From the IMG/VR virus record IMGVR_UViG_2645728048_000025: a stretch of 15,946 bases of DNA. One strand, written 5' to 3'. Positions 7,371 through 14,242 of the stretch are shown here, piece after piece (position 1 is the first letter of the stretch; the number at the start of each line of letters is the position of its first letter). The translations under genes and the position numbers were made by a program. This DNA is from a virus (lineage: Duplodnaviria > Heunggongvirae > Uroviricota > Caudoviricetes). The notes under the pieces are model-generated. The model saw only the letters and a list, made by a program, of their open reading frames with translations, was not told where the DNA came from and ran no database searches.

Positions 7371-7399
7371 AGAATACTACAGGTATTCAAAGCAATCAA
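7371..7399 (-). promoter_or_regulatory. PR promoter candidate: -35 TTGATT, 17-nt spacer, -10 TATTCT
   Basis: Minus-strand hexamers with 17-nt spacing, overlapped by operator sites 1 and 2; the same -10/operator arrangement recurs at PL. Confidence 0.5.
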
Positions 7400-7436
7400 T
7401 ACTCAGGGTATTTTTAGTTTAAGTACCTTAGCTATT
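7372..7436. promoter_or_regulatory. OR operator triplet, consensus AATAC-N5-GTATT
   Basis: Site 1 GAATACtacagGTATTC (7372-7388, perfect 17-bp dyad); site 2 AATACtcaggGTATT (7398-7412); weaker site 3 AGTACcttagCTATT (7422-7436). Centre spacing about 24-25 bp, between divergent cro and cI. Confidence 0.65.
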
Positions 7437-7447
7437 AGAATTAAGCT
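7413..7447 (+). promoter_or_regulatory. PRM candidate giving a leaderless cI transcript
   Basis: -10-like TAGAAT at 7436-7441 lies 6 nt upstream of the cI ATG with no Shine-Dalgarno; weak -35-like TTTAGT at 7413-7418 abuts operator site 2, as OR2 abuts the PRM -35 in lambda. Confidence 0.4.
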
Positions 7448-8164
7448 ATGGAAAATAAAAAATCACTGACGACAGAACAGCTCGAAGACGCTAAGCGGCT
7501 TAAGGCTTTGTATGAGTCAAAAAAGAAAGAATTGGGAATAACCCAATACTCAATCGCTGATGAACTGGGTATCACCCAAGGAGCGGTAGGGCATTATCTT
7601 AATGGCAGAAACGCGCTAAACGTTGAGGTTGCATCTGGTTTTGCACGATTGTTGCAAGTCTCAATTGCTGATTTTAGCCAGTCAATTGCTGCCAAGGTTG
7701 CAGAACAGGCAGAAAGCCTTAAGAGCGATGCCAACGTAAGGTATGCAGGGGAATACAGAGCAGGAAAGAGGTATCCGGTGTTAAGCAGTATCCAGGCTGG
7801 CTCGTGGTGTGAAGCATGCGAACCATACACCATTAAAGACATAGATGTTTGGCTTGAGTCTGACGCGCATATTCAAGGTAATGCGTTCTGGCTTAAAGTG
7901 GAAGGTGATTCAATGACGGCACCGGTTGGGTTAAGCATTCCAGAGGGAACATTCGTTCTTTTCGATACCGGAAGGGAGGCGATCAACGGCAGCTTGGTCA
8001 TAGCAAAACTTTCTGACTCTAACGAAGCAACATTCAAGAAGCTGATAATCGACGGCGGAAATAAATACCTCAAGGGACTTAATCCTGCATGGCCTCTCGT
8101 GCCAATCAATGGAAACTGCAAGATTATAGGCGTTGCAATTGAGACAAAACTAAGGCTGGTTTGA
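7448..8164 (+). CDS. cI: CI repressor (HTH N-terminal domain plus S24 LexA-like autopeptidase domain)
   Basis: HTH region (ITQYSIADELGITQGAVGHYLNG), putative Ala-Gly cleavage site in YPVLSSIQAGSW, catalytic Ser in EGDSM and Lys in FKKL; collinear with lambda CI. Confidence 0.9.
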   Translation: MENKKSLTTEQLEDAKRLKALYESKKKELGITQYSIADELGITQGAVGHYLNGRNALNVEVASGFARLLQVSIADFSQSIAAKVAEQAESLKSDANVRYAGEYRAGKRYPVLSSIQAGSWCEACEPYTIKDIDVWLESDAHIQGNAFWLKVEGDSMTAPVGLSIPEGTFVLFDTGREAINGSLVIAKLSDSNEATFKKLIIDGGNKYLKGLNPAWPLVPINGNCKIIGVAIETKLRLV

Positions 8165-8181
8165 TCACGCAAGGGGCGATT

Positions 8182-8550
8182 ATGGTTGGAACCGCTATAG
8201 CAAGCTTTTTGGGGATGTTGGCAATCTCAACAATTTACGGCTTAGCGCATGCTTTTATTGCGAAATCTCTATCAGAAAAAATAAGCCAGGCTTGGGCGCA
8301 TAGATCTGCTCGTTTCATGATTCTAGTGGTCATAGCAATACAAGGGATATCTGCATTTATCCTCTATGGATCAAGCTTATACCTGTTGTATCAAGGCGCG
8401 ACATTTACGCCTTACACCAGTGATTACGGAACTCTATACGATGGTAGTGAAGACATCTCTATGGCTTGGATCGTCTTTGGTTTATCTATGGCCGTGTCTG
8501 TTGTAGCAGACATCATTAAGGTAATTCTCGTCTTAACCTTCGCTGACTAA
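8182..8550 (+). CDS. Small integral membrane protein (about 122 aa) immediately downstream of cI; function unknown
   Basis: ATG at 8182 preceded by AAGGGG, 18 nt after the cI stop. Three long hydrophobic segments. Visibly more AT-rich than cI. Occupies the rexAB/sieB-type slot. Confidence 0.6.
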   Translation: MVGTAIASFLGMLAISTIYGLAHAFIAKSLSEKISQAWAHRSARFMILVVIAIQGISAFILYGSSLYLLYQGATFTPYTSDYGTLYDGSEDISMAWIVFGLSMAVSVVADIIKVILVLTFAD

Positions 8551-8636
8551 CCCATAATCCCGGCAGCAATAGCTATCGGGATCCACTTCACATATCCCGC
8601 ATAAAAAGCACTGAACAAGCAGACACCGAAAAAATA

Positions 8637-8723
8637 AATATCCTTTGTATTCATTCGCTTATCATTATTTCACCAAAAATAAATACCTTGTGTATTTACA
8701 CAATAAAATACCTACAGTATTCT
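8637..8723. promoter_or_regulatory. OL operators and PL promoter candidate
   Basis: Operator matches AAATACcttgtGTATTT (8681-8697, perfect dyad), AATACctacaGTATT (8707-8721), and a weaker AATATccttTGTATT (8637-8651). PL candidate -35 TTTACA (8695-8700), 17-nt spacer, -10 TATTCT (8718-8723), overlapped by operators exactly as at PR. Confidence 0.55.
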
Positions 8724-8769
8724 TTAGCCATCAGCAGAACGCTTGAAGCCAAACGGAACAGATTGGCAG

Positions 8770-8810
8770 GCTCTTTAACATTGATGGGATTGTCCCGCCG
8801 AAATGCGGGA
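8770..8810 (+). promoter_or_regulatory. nutL: boxA GCTCTTTAACA plus boxB hairpin
   Basis: boxA 8770-8780; boxB TCCCGC-cgaaat-GCGGGA 8793-8810; about 40 nt downstream of the PL candidate and upstream of N; identical to nutR. Confidence 0.7.
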
Positions 8811-8917
8811 ACCAAAGAGTAGTTGGCTTTGGGGTGACGTGAAGTGCAGCTGCACGACGGCAACCGGAAGATAAGCACCCGGCGCGTCACCGCCAAAGTC
8901 AATCATCGGAGGTCAAC

Positions 8918-9190
8918 ATGACAGTAGTCATTACATATCTGGCTGACGATAACGCCAGAAATCGCCGCAGAGCACGCAGACAGGCTCAACGTGAACAGGC
9001 AATGCAAGAGCAGCAACTGGCGCGAAAAATTGCGCTAAAGCTCTCTGGTTGCGTCAGAGCAGATAAAGCAGCATCACTCGGAAGCCTTCGCTGCAAGAAG
9101 GCAGATGAATGCAGTGGAAGTATTTGCCTGCCAAACGTAGCTCTTTACGCGGCAGGCTACCGTAACTCCAAACAACTGACAGCAAGATGA
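8918..9190 (+). CDS. N: N-like transcription antiterminator (arginine-rich motif)
   Basis: 90-aa ORF with N-terminal ARM (DDNARNRRRARRQAQREQAM); GGAGG 5 nt upstream of the ATG; first gene downstream of PL/nutL. Confidence 0.72.
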   Translation: MTVVITYLADDNARNRRRARRQAQREQAMQEQQLARKIALKLSGCVRADKAASLGSLRCKKADECSGSICLPNVALYAAGYRNSKQLTAR

Positions 9191-9250
9191 CTTGTGTTGG
9201 TCGCCAGAAAATGAAATTAGGCAGCAAACCACTTATTTGAGGACTGATAC

Positions 9251-9493
9251 ATGAGAGTAAAAACTATGGGCGCAAGCCCATTAAGTGGTCGTATTTTTCA
9301 AGGAACATTAAACACTGAAAAAGGAATGTGGGTGGGAAAGAAAGAAGATGTAACCGAACAGGCAGTTAAGGCAGTAGCTGAACACATGATGATAAAAGAC
9401 CAGAAATATGCATACGAAACGAAGGATGGCAAATGGCTGATAATAAGTCATCAAATAGTTGATAAATTACCAGAAGAGTTTATTGCTGATTAA
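9251..9493 (+). CDS. Hypothetical protein (80 aa) directly after N
   Basis: ORF with GAGGA upstream; no recognisable family; followed by a hairpin and an intrinsic terminator. Confidence 0.45.
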   Translation: MRVKTMGASPLSGRIFQGTLNTEKGMWVGKKEDVTEQAVKAVAEHMMIKDQKYAYETKDGKWLIISHQIVDKLPEEFIAD

Positions 9494-9621
9494 AATTATT
9501 TTGGCATAAACAACAGAATAAACACTGCACTGTGTATTCATTCCAACGAGTGAATACACTGAGCAATGTCGCTCGTAACTAAACAGGAGCCGACTTGTTC
9601 TGATTATTGGAAATCTTCTTT

Positions 9622-9645
9622 GCCCTCCAGTGCGAGGGCTTTTTT
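9622..9645 (+). terminator. Rho-independent terminator in the PL operon (tL-like)
   Basis: Stem GCCCTC / GAGGGC (9622-9627 / 9634-9639) with a 6-nt loop, followed by TTTTTT (9640-9645). Confidence 0.6.
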
Positions 9646-9711
9646 ATATGCATACCAATAACGCTTCACTTGAGGCGTTTTCGTTATGCAATCAAACAGA
9701 AGGAGCATCCT

Positions 9712-9882
9712 ATGCAACAGTTCGCTATTGCAGGGGCGGCATCGGTTCGCCCTTTCAACCCGATTTTATCGGTGCAGCATTCACGAAAAAATATTTTAAC
9801 CGGAGCAGACTTTAAACAACCAAGAATGAAAAGTTTGCTCGAAAAGCTTTGGGATATTTTGAAACAACAAGGCCGTCCATGA
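9712..9882 (+). CDS. cIII: CIII-like protein (56 aa; putative FtsH-inhibitor that stabilises CII)
   Basis: MQQFAIAGAASV ... SLLEKLWDILKQQGRP, resembling lambda CIII as recalled (MQYAIAG ... RLIDILNQPG); AAGGAG 7 nt upstream of the ATG. Confidence 0.55.
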   Translation: MQQFAIAGAASVRPFNPILSVQHSRKNILTGADFKQPRMKSLLEKLWDILKQQGRP

Positions 9883-10037
9883 GTTTTACAGATAACTGGT
9901 CAGACGAAGAATTCATTCGTCAGATGAAAGAATTAATCGGTAACGAAGGAGATATTCATGTCACTTGCAACCACAGTGAAGGAGAGCAAGTTACAGAGAC
10001 GCATGTACACGCAGAAAGCTCTCTGGTATCGCCATAA
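9879..10037 (+). CDS. Small acidic protein (52 aa) translationally coupled to cIII; Kil-position ORF
   Basis: ATGA overlap with the cIII stop; MSFTDNWSDEEFIRQMKELIGNEGDIHVTCNHSEGEQ...; no recognisable family. Confidence 0.4.
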   Translation: MSFTDNWSDEEFIRQMKELIGNEGDIHVTCNHSEGEQVTETHVHAESSLVSP

Positions 10038-10136
10038 TGGCGACCGCGAAGGAATGCGGGTATGCCTTAATTTGTCCCGAGTCGAAGTATTAAATCAGCG
10101 TTATTTCCTTGGGCCTTGTCCATTCTGAGGTGAATT

Positions 10137-10844
10137 ATGGATTTGAACAAATTCGATGAGCCATTCAGCCCTGAAGATATCGAATGGCGAATACAGCAAA
10201 GCGGTAAAACACGCGATGGCAAGGTGTGGGCTATGGTGCTGGCTTATGTCACGAACCGGGCAATCATGAAACGCCTGGACGATGTTTGCGGCAAAGCAGG
10301 ATGGCGCAATGAATACCGCGATATTCCCAACAACGGCGGCGTTGAATGCGGCATATCAATAAAGATTGATTCCGAATGGGTAACCAAATGGGATGCTGCT
10401 GAAAACACGCAGGTAGAAGCCGTCAAAGGTGGTCGTTCCGGTGCAATGAAGCGCGCTGCCGTTCAGTGGGGAATCGGTCGGTATCTGTATAACCTTGAGG
10501 AAGGTTTCGCACAAACATCTCTCGATAAAAAGCAGGGGTGGCACAGGGCAAAACTGAAGGATGGAACAGGATTTTACTGGCTCCCTCCATCGCTTCCGGG
10601 ATGGGCAATCCCAGCATCAGATAACAAACCATCACCAGAAAATACCAACCAGAAATCTCCATCGGTTGACTGCGAACAAATCCTGAAAGACTTCAGCGAT
10701 TATGCGTCAACAGAAACTGACAAGAAAAAACTCATCGAGCGTTATCAGCGTGACTGGCAATTAATGGCTGGCAATGAGGATGCGCAGGCTAAATGCGTTC
10801 AGGTAATGAGCATCAGAGTTAACGAACTAAAACAGGCGGCATAA
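10137..10844 (+). CDS. Single-strand annealing recombinase: Rad52/Sak-like core with an Erf-like C-terminal tail
   Basis: Core motif AVQWGIGRYLYNLEEG is typical of Rad52-family annealing proteins; the C-terminal 60 aa (ILKDFSDYASTETDKKKLIERYQRDWQLMAGNEDAQAKCVQVMSIRVNELKQAA) resembles the C-terminus of P22 Erf as recalled. GAGGTGA RBS. Confidence 0.72.
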   Translation: MDLNKFDEPFSPEDIEWRIQQSGKTRDGKVWAMVLAYVTNRAIMKRLDDVCGKAGWRNEYRDIPNNGGVECGISIKIDSEWVTKWDAAENTQVEAVKGGRSGAMKRAAVQWGIGRYLYNLEEGFAQTSLDKKQGWHRAKLKDGTGFYWLPPSLPGWAIPASDNKPSPENTNQKSPSVDCEQILKDFSDYASTETDKKKLIERYQRDWQLMAGNEDAQAKCVQVMSIRVNELKQAA

Positions 10845-11351
10845 ATGGCAAGCAGAGGCGTAAATAAGGTGATTATCCTTGGTCGGGTAGGACAAGACCC
10901 GGAAGTTCGATACTCACCATCAGGAACAGCGTTCGCTAACCTGACAATAGCCACGTCAGAACAATGGCGAGATAAAAATACTGGCGAGCAAAAGGAATTG
11001 ACTGAATGGCATCGTGTTGCTGTATCCGGGAAACTGGCTGAGGTCGTGGGGCAGTATGTGAAAAAAGGTGATCAGATTTATTTCGAGGGAATGCTGAGAA
11101 CCAGAAAGTGGAAAGACCAGTCAGGGCAAGACCGTTACACAACCGAGGTTCATGTCGGAATTAATGGCGTGATGCAGATGCTTGGCGGCATTGGCGACAG
11201 CAAACAACAAGCAGCCAGCAGGCAATCACAGAAGCCACAGCAGCAATCATCACCAGCACAACACAACGAACCTCCGATGGATTTTGACGACGATATACCC
11301 TTTGCACCAGTAACTCTCCCCTTCCCTCGTCACGCTATTCACGCAATTTAA
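10845..11351 (+). CDS. ssb: Single-stranded DNA-binding protein with a 15-aa extension beyond the DDDIPF tip
   Basis: OB-fold N-terminus ([39 protein letters not shown]), Gln-rich linker, MDFDDDIPF, then [15 protein letters not shown] before the stop. Confidence 0.85.
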   Translation: MASRGVNKVIILGRVGQDPEVRYSPSGTAFANLTIATSEQWRDKNTGEQKELTEWHRVAVSGKLAEVVGQYVKKGDQIYFEGMLRTRKWKDQSGQDRYTTEVHVGINGVMQMLGGIGDSKQQAASRQSQKPQQQSSPAQHNEPPMDFDDDIPFAPVTLPFPRHAIHAI

Positions 11352-11364
11352 TCAGGAGAAAATC

Positions 11365-11661
11365 ATGCCAGCGCCTCTGTATGGTGCGGACGACGCGCGC
11401 CGCTGTTCCGGCAATTCCGTATCGGAGGTGCTGGATAAATTCAGAAAAAACTACGACCTGATAATGTCGCTACCGCAGGAAACGAAAGAGGAAAAGGAAT
11501 TTCGCCACTGTATATGGCTTGCAGAGAAAGAAGAACGCGAGCGAATTTACCAGACATCAATCCGACCATTCCGCAAAGCCACATATACCCACTTCCCTGA
11601 ATATATCGACCCGCGCCTGCGTAATTACCGCTCACGCTATGGCGCTATCAGTAATGACTGA
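11365..11661 (+). CDS. Hypothetical protein (98 aa)
   Basis: ORF with AGGAG upstream; no recognisable family. Confidence 0.5.
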   Translation: MPAPLYGADDARRCSGNSVSEVLDKFRKNYDLIMSLPQETKEEKEFRHCIWLAEKEERERIYQTSIRPFRKATYTHFPEYIDPRLRNYRSRYGAISND

Positions 11662-11671
11662 GGAATTTACC

Positions 11672-11839
11672 ATGAGAGGACTTGCATACAATCCCGGAAT
11701 TCTTCCGGCAGAAATGATTATTCGCCAACGCGTAAAGCCAATGCCATCGATAGAGGAATTGCTTAAGAGAAATTCTTTTCCATCAGTGAATCAAAACAAA
11801 TATCTGAATGCGATGTGGCGTAAAGGAGGCAAGCAGTGA
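11672..11839 (+). CDS. Hypothetical small protein (55 aa)
   Basis: Internal ATG of the track ORF 11519..11839, preceded by GAGGAA; begins 11 nt after the previous stop. Confidence 0.4.
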   Translation: MRGLAYNPGILPAEMIIRQRVKPMPSIEELLKRNSFPSVNQNKYLNAMWRKGGKQ

Positions 11840-12090
11840 GTAATTCCGCACGACTACAGCTTGGTTTTTCACCGCTATCAAAAACTATCATGCTGGCAAA
11901 AATGCGCGATGTTGAAGGTGGACGTATGCGCGTTGGCAATGATCCAGGTCGTGATGTTACCAATGAGGCTGCTCAATTGGTGTGGCGACTGGTCATGGCT
12001 GAAGGTGGTGAGATCGCGTGGGAGCTGGATGATGGTTCTCGCATGGTGTTGAAGGCAGAAAAGCAGGAGGCAACCAGTGAGCAAGATTGA
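11836..12090 (+). CDS. Hypothetical protein (84 aa, GTG start)
   Basis: GTG preceded by AAGGAGG, overlapping the previous stop (GTGA). Confidence 0.45.
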   Translation: MSNSARLQLGFSPLSKTIMLAKMRDVEGGRMRVGNDPGRDVTNEAAQLVWRLVMAEGGEIAWELDDGSRMVLKAEKQEATSEQD

Positions 12091-12721
12091 TTATCAAAAG
12101 CTTCGTGAAATCGCTGAAAAAACAAAAATTGCCGGTGAAGCACCTGTAATGCCTTGCGATCAGCGAATTAATGCGCTTAACGATTTTATGAAGCACTTTT
12201 CGCCAGATATCGCGCTGGCATTGTTGGATGAACGGGAAAGAAACCAGCAATACATCAAAAGCCGCGATCAGGAGAACGAGGATATTGCGCTTACGGTTGG
12301 GAAGCTGCGCGTTGAGCTGGAAGGCAAAGACAGCAAAATAGCCAATCTTACCGCCGAACGCGATGCTCTTCGTGAAGGTGAGATGGGCGACGCTAGGCAT
12401 AGCAACACACGGGCCGCAGCTGATATCTACTTCCAACTGGTCGAGGAGTGCGAAATTCCTGCTGGCGGTTCTCTGGTCGAGTACGTTGACGATATGCGCG
12501 AGAAGCTGGAAGCCGCAGAGAAGCGCATTGCAGAGTTAGAAAGTGGTTCTCAGGCACAAAAGTTAGTTGAAGCAATCATTGTTGCGATAGAAAACGAACA
12601 GGAAAGGCTTTTTGATGAAGATTACCTAATGGATTCGAAAGAATGCATTGACGTAATTCGTGAAGAAGTAAAGCGATGGAATGATTCCCGCGCCGCTGGC
12701 ATTCGCATCAAAGGAGAGTGA
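12077..12721 (+). CDS. Ea22-like coiled-coil protein (214 aa, GTG start)
   Basis: N-terminus [17 protein letters not shown] resembles the conserved start of Ea22-like prophage proteins as recalled; central heptad-rich segment. AGCAGGAGG RBS. Confidence 0.55.
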   Translation: MSKIDYQKLREIAEKTKIAGEAPVMPCDQRINALNDFMKHFSPDIALALLDERERNQQYIKSRDQENEDIALTVGKLRVELEGKDSKIANLTAERDALREGEMGDARHSNTRAAADIYFQLVEECEIPAGGSLVEYVDDMREKLEAAEKRIAELESGSQAQKLVEAIIVAIENEQERLFDEDYLMDSKECIDVIREEVKRWNDSRAAGIRIKGE

Positions 12722-12722
12722 T

Positions 12723-12914
12723 ATGGACGGACAAATATCAATCGTTCGACCAGGAGCATGTGACGATCGCGAAATACGAATAATTATTCGTCTGGCAATG
12801 GGGAAAACAATAACTGCTCTCATTACCCCAGAAAATCTCGCATTAGCATTAACAGGAAAGTCAGACCTGCCAGTAGAGCTAAAGCTGCGAAATGTTGAGA
12901 TTAAGGTGAAATAG
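12723..12914 (+). CDS. Hypothetical small protein (63 aa)
   Basis: ATG preceded by AAAGGAGAG, one nt after the previous stop. Confidence 0.45.
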   Translation: MDGQISIVRPGACDDREIRIIIRLAMGKTITALITPENLALALTGKSDLPVELKLRNVEIKVK

Positions 12915-12916
12915 CT

Positions 12917-13561
12917 ATGACCACTATTACCAAAGAACGTATCGAATTATTCATTAAAAATCCGCTTGAAAACGGGCTTACCCGTGGCGAACAAATGGAA
13001 CTGGCACGAATTGCACTGGCCTCGCTTGAGGCAGAGCCAGTTGGTGCATTCCACATTGCAGAACAGCAAGTTGACGGTACAAGTGACTACATCAAGGATG
13101 GAGAGTGGCCTATTGATAATGGGATTATTGAAGTCTACGCCGCTCCGCCAGTACCGGTAGTACCTGCTGCATTACCTGAGAACGACGATGAGGACGGGCA
13201 TGACATTGATTATCTTGAGCCATCTGAAGTTTACGCGCTTGGGCGAACAGCTGGATGGAGCGCCTGCCGCGCCGCCATGCTTCAGTCCGGAAACTTTCGG
13301 GAAAACAAGAATTCGTCAACCAATAATTTTCGGGATATTGCGGAAACGTCAACCAACTCTCCGGTAACTCCGGATAGTTGGATAAGCTGTAGTGAGCGAA
13401 TGCCAAACGAAGAAGATGTTTTGGTTTATTGTTCAGACACAAAAGAGCAGATGGTAGGGTTTCACAAAGGTAAAGGGTTATTTCAATTCTTTTACATGAA
13501 CGGTGTTGAGGGGGTATGTGAGCCGTCACACTGGATGCCGCTACCAGAGCCTCCACTTTGA
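12917..13561 (+). CDS. DUF551-like phage protein (214 aa)
   Basis: C-terminal WISCSERMPNEEDVLVYC ... HWMPLPEPP matches the DUF551 pattern common in lambdoid early-left accessory regions (recalled). Confidence 0.6.
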   Translation: MTTITKERIELFIKNPLENGLTRGEQMELARIALASLEAEPVGAFHIAEQQVDGTSDYIKDGEWPIDNGIIEVYAAPPVPVVPAALPENDDEDGHDIDYLEPSEVYALGRTAGWSACRAAMLQSGNFRENKNSSTNNFRDIAETSTNSPVTPDSWISCSERMPNEEDVLVYCSDTKEQMVGFHKGKGLFQFFYMNGVEGVCEPSHWMPLPEPPL

Positions 13562-13657
13562 AAGCGAAGCTTATACATATCTTTTACATCAGCAATCTAT
13601 TGTTAATCTCCAATCAATGTTACGTTGTCATCTCACTCATGCTTTGGAGGTAGTGAT

Positions 13658-13837
13658 ATGTCTTGTCCAAAATGCGGTTCTGGAAATATTGCAAAAGAAA
13701 AAACAATGCGTGGATGGTCTGGAGATTATGTGTGCTGCGATTGCGGATACAACGACTCTAAAGACGCATTTGGAGAGCGTGGTAAAAACGAGTTTGTTAA
13801 AATTAATAAAGAAAGCGAAGGCAACGAAAAAAGCTAA
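13658..13837 (+). CDS. Small zinc-ribbon protein (59 aa)
   Basis: MSCPKCGSGNIAKEK ... YVCCDCGYND with paired CxxC motifs; GGAGG upstream; Lys/Glu-rich tail. Confidence 0.5.
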   Translation: MSCPKCGSGNIAKEKTMRGWSGDYVCCDCGYNDSKDAFGERGKNEFVKINKESEGNEKS

Positions 13838-13902
13838 TTTATTTATTCATATATGAAAACAATGTAACCAATATTCGAATTGAAGAACTGAAAGAACACC
13901 AA

Positions 13903-13926
13903 GCCGCCTGATGGCGGTTTTTTATT
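13903..13926 (+). terminator. Rho-independent terminator closing the plus-strand early-left gene block
   Basis: GCCGCC-tgat-GGCGGT followed by TTTTTTATT. Confidence 0.6.
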
Positions 13927-13933
13927 GCCTGAT

Positions 13934-13949
13934 TTGCAGGTTCGATTCC
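13934..13949 (+). other. tRNA-derived fragment A (T-arm segment TTGCAGGTTCGATTCC); candidate att core
   Basis: 16 nt matching the T-stem/T-loop region of tRNA-Arg (argW) as I recall it; no 5' tRNA portion precedes it. Confidence 0.45.
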
Positions 13950-13968
13950 CTATTCGGAGATAGCACTC

Positions 13969-14169
13969 ATGCAACACGAACTACAACCTGATTCACTGGT
14001 TGATTTGAAATTCATCATGGCCGATACTGGCTTCGGTAAAACCTTCATCTATGACCGGATTAAGTCCGGCGACCTGCCTAAAGCCAAAGTTATCCACGGA
14101 CGAGCAAGATGGTTATATCGTGACCATTGTGAATTCAAAAATAAGCTCTTAAGCCGCGCCAATGGGTAA
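13969..14169 (+). CDS. AlpA/Xis-family small DNA-binding protein (excisionase-like, 66 aa), with no adjacent integrase
   Basis: LVDLKFIMADTGFGKTFIYDRIKSGDLPKAKVIHGRARWLYRD fits the AlpA-type winged-helix pattern; GGAGA upstream of the ATG. Confidence 0.55.
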   Translation: MQHELQPDSLVDLKFIMADTGFGKTFIYDRIKSGDLPKAKVIHGRARWLYRDHCEFKNKLLSRANG

Positions 14170-14242
14170 AATAGCGGGTAAAATATTTCTCATATCTCAA
14201 AAACACCATTCCAATCAATCCCCTGCTGCCTCAAGTAGATGT

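Noticed and set aside
7070-7422. Plus-strand ORFs 7070..7318 and 7141..7422
   Set aside because: Overlap cro and nutR on the opposite strand; no RBS or family resemblance.
7594-8172. Minus-strand ORFs 7594..7842 and 7873..8172
   Set aside because: Antisense to the strongly supported cI gene.
8566-8592. Inverted repeat ATCCCG / CGGGAT with a 15-nt loop downstream of the membrane protein gene, considered as a terminator
   Set aside because: Short stem, large loop and no following T-tract, so not a convincing intrinsic terminator.
8696-8902. Minus-strand 68-aa ORF across OL/PL and nutL
   Set aside because: Covers the operator, promoter and nut elements, has no RBS, and the region is better explained as regulatory DNA.
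9607-9882. Extended 91-aa and 61-aa track ORFs upstream of cIII
   Set aside because: The extension would run through the terminator hairpin; the internal ATG at 9712 with AAGGAG gives the CIII-like product.
10244-10662. Minus-strand ORFs inside the recombinase gene
   Set aside because: Antisense shadow ORFs.
11441-12575. Minus-strand ORFs 11441..11635, 11763..11963, 11878..12084, 11993..12436 and 12393..12575, and plus-strand 11861..12052
   Set aside because: Overlap the tightly coupled plus-strand gene block; no RBS support.
12626-13556. Minus-strand ORFs 12626..12823 and 13125..13556, and plus-strand 12966..13160 and 13503..13856
   Set aside because: Shadow or alternative-frame ORFs overlapping the Ea22-like, DUF551-like and zinc-ribbon genes.
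13890-13960. Possibility of an intact tRNA gene around the GGTTCGATTCC motif
   Set aside because: The upstream sequence is the terminator hairpin with a 4-nt loop, with no D-arm, no anticodon arm and no matching acceptor stem. Only a T-arm fragment is present.
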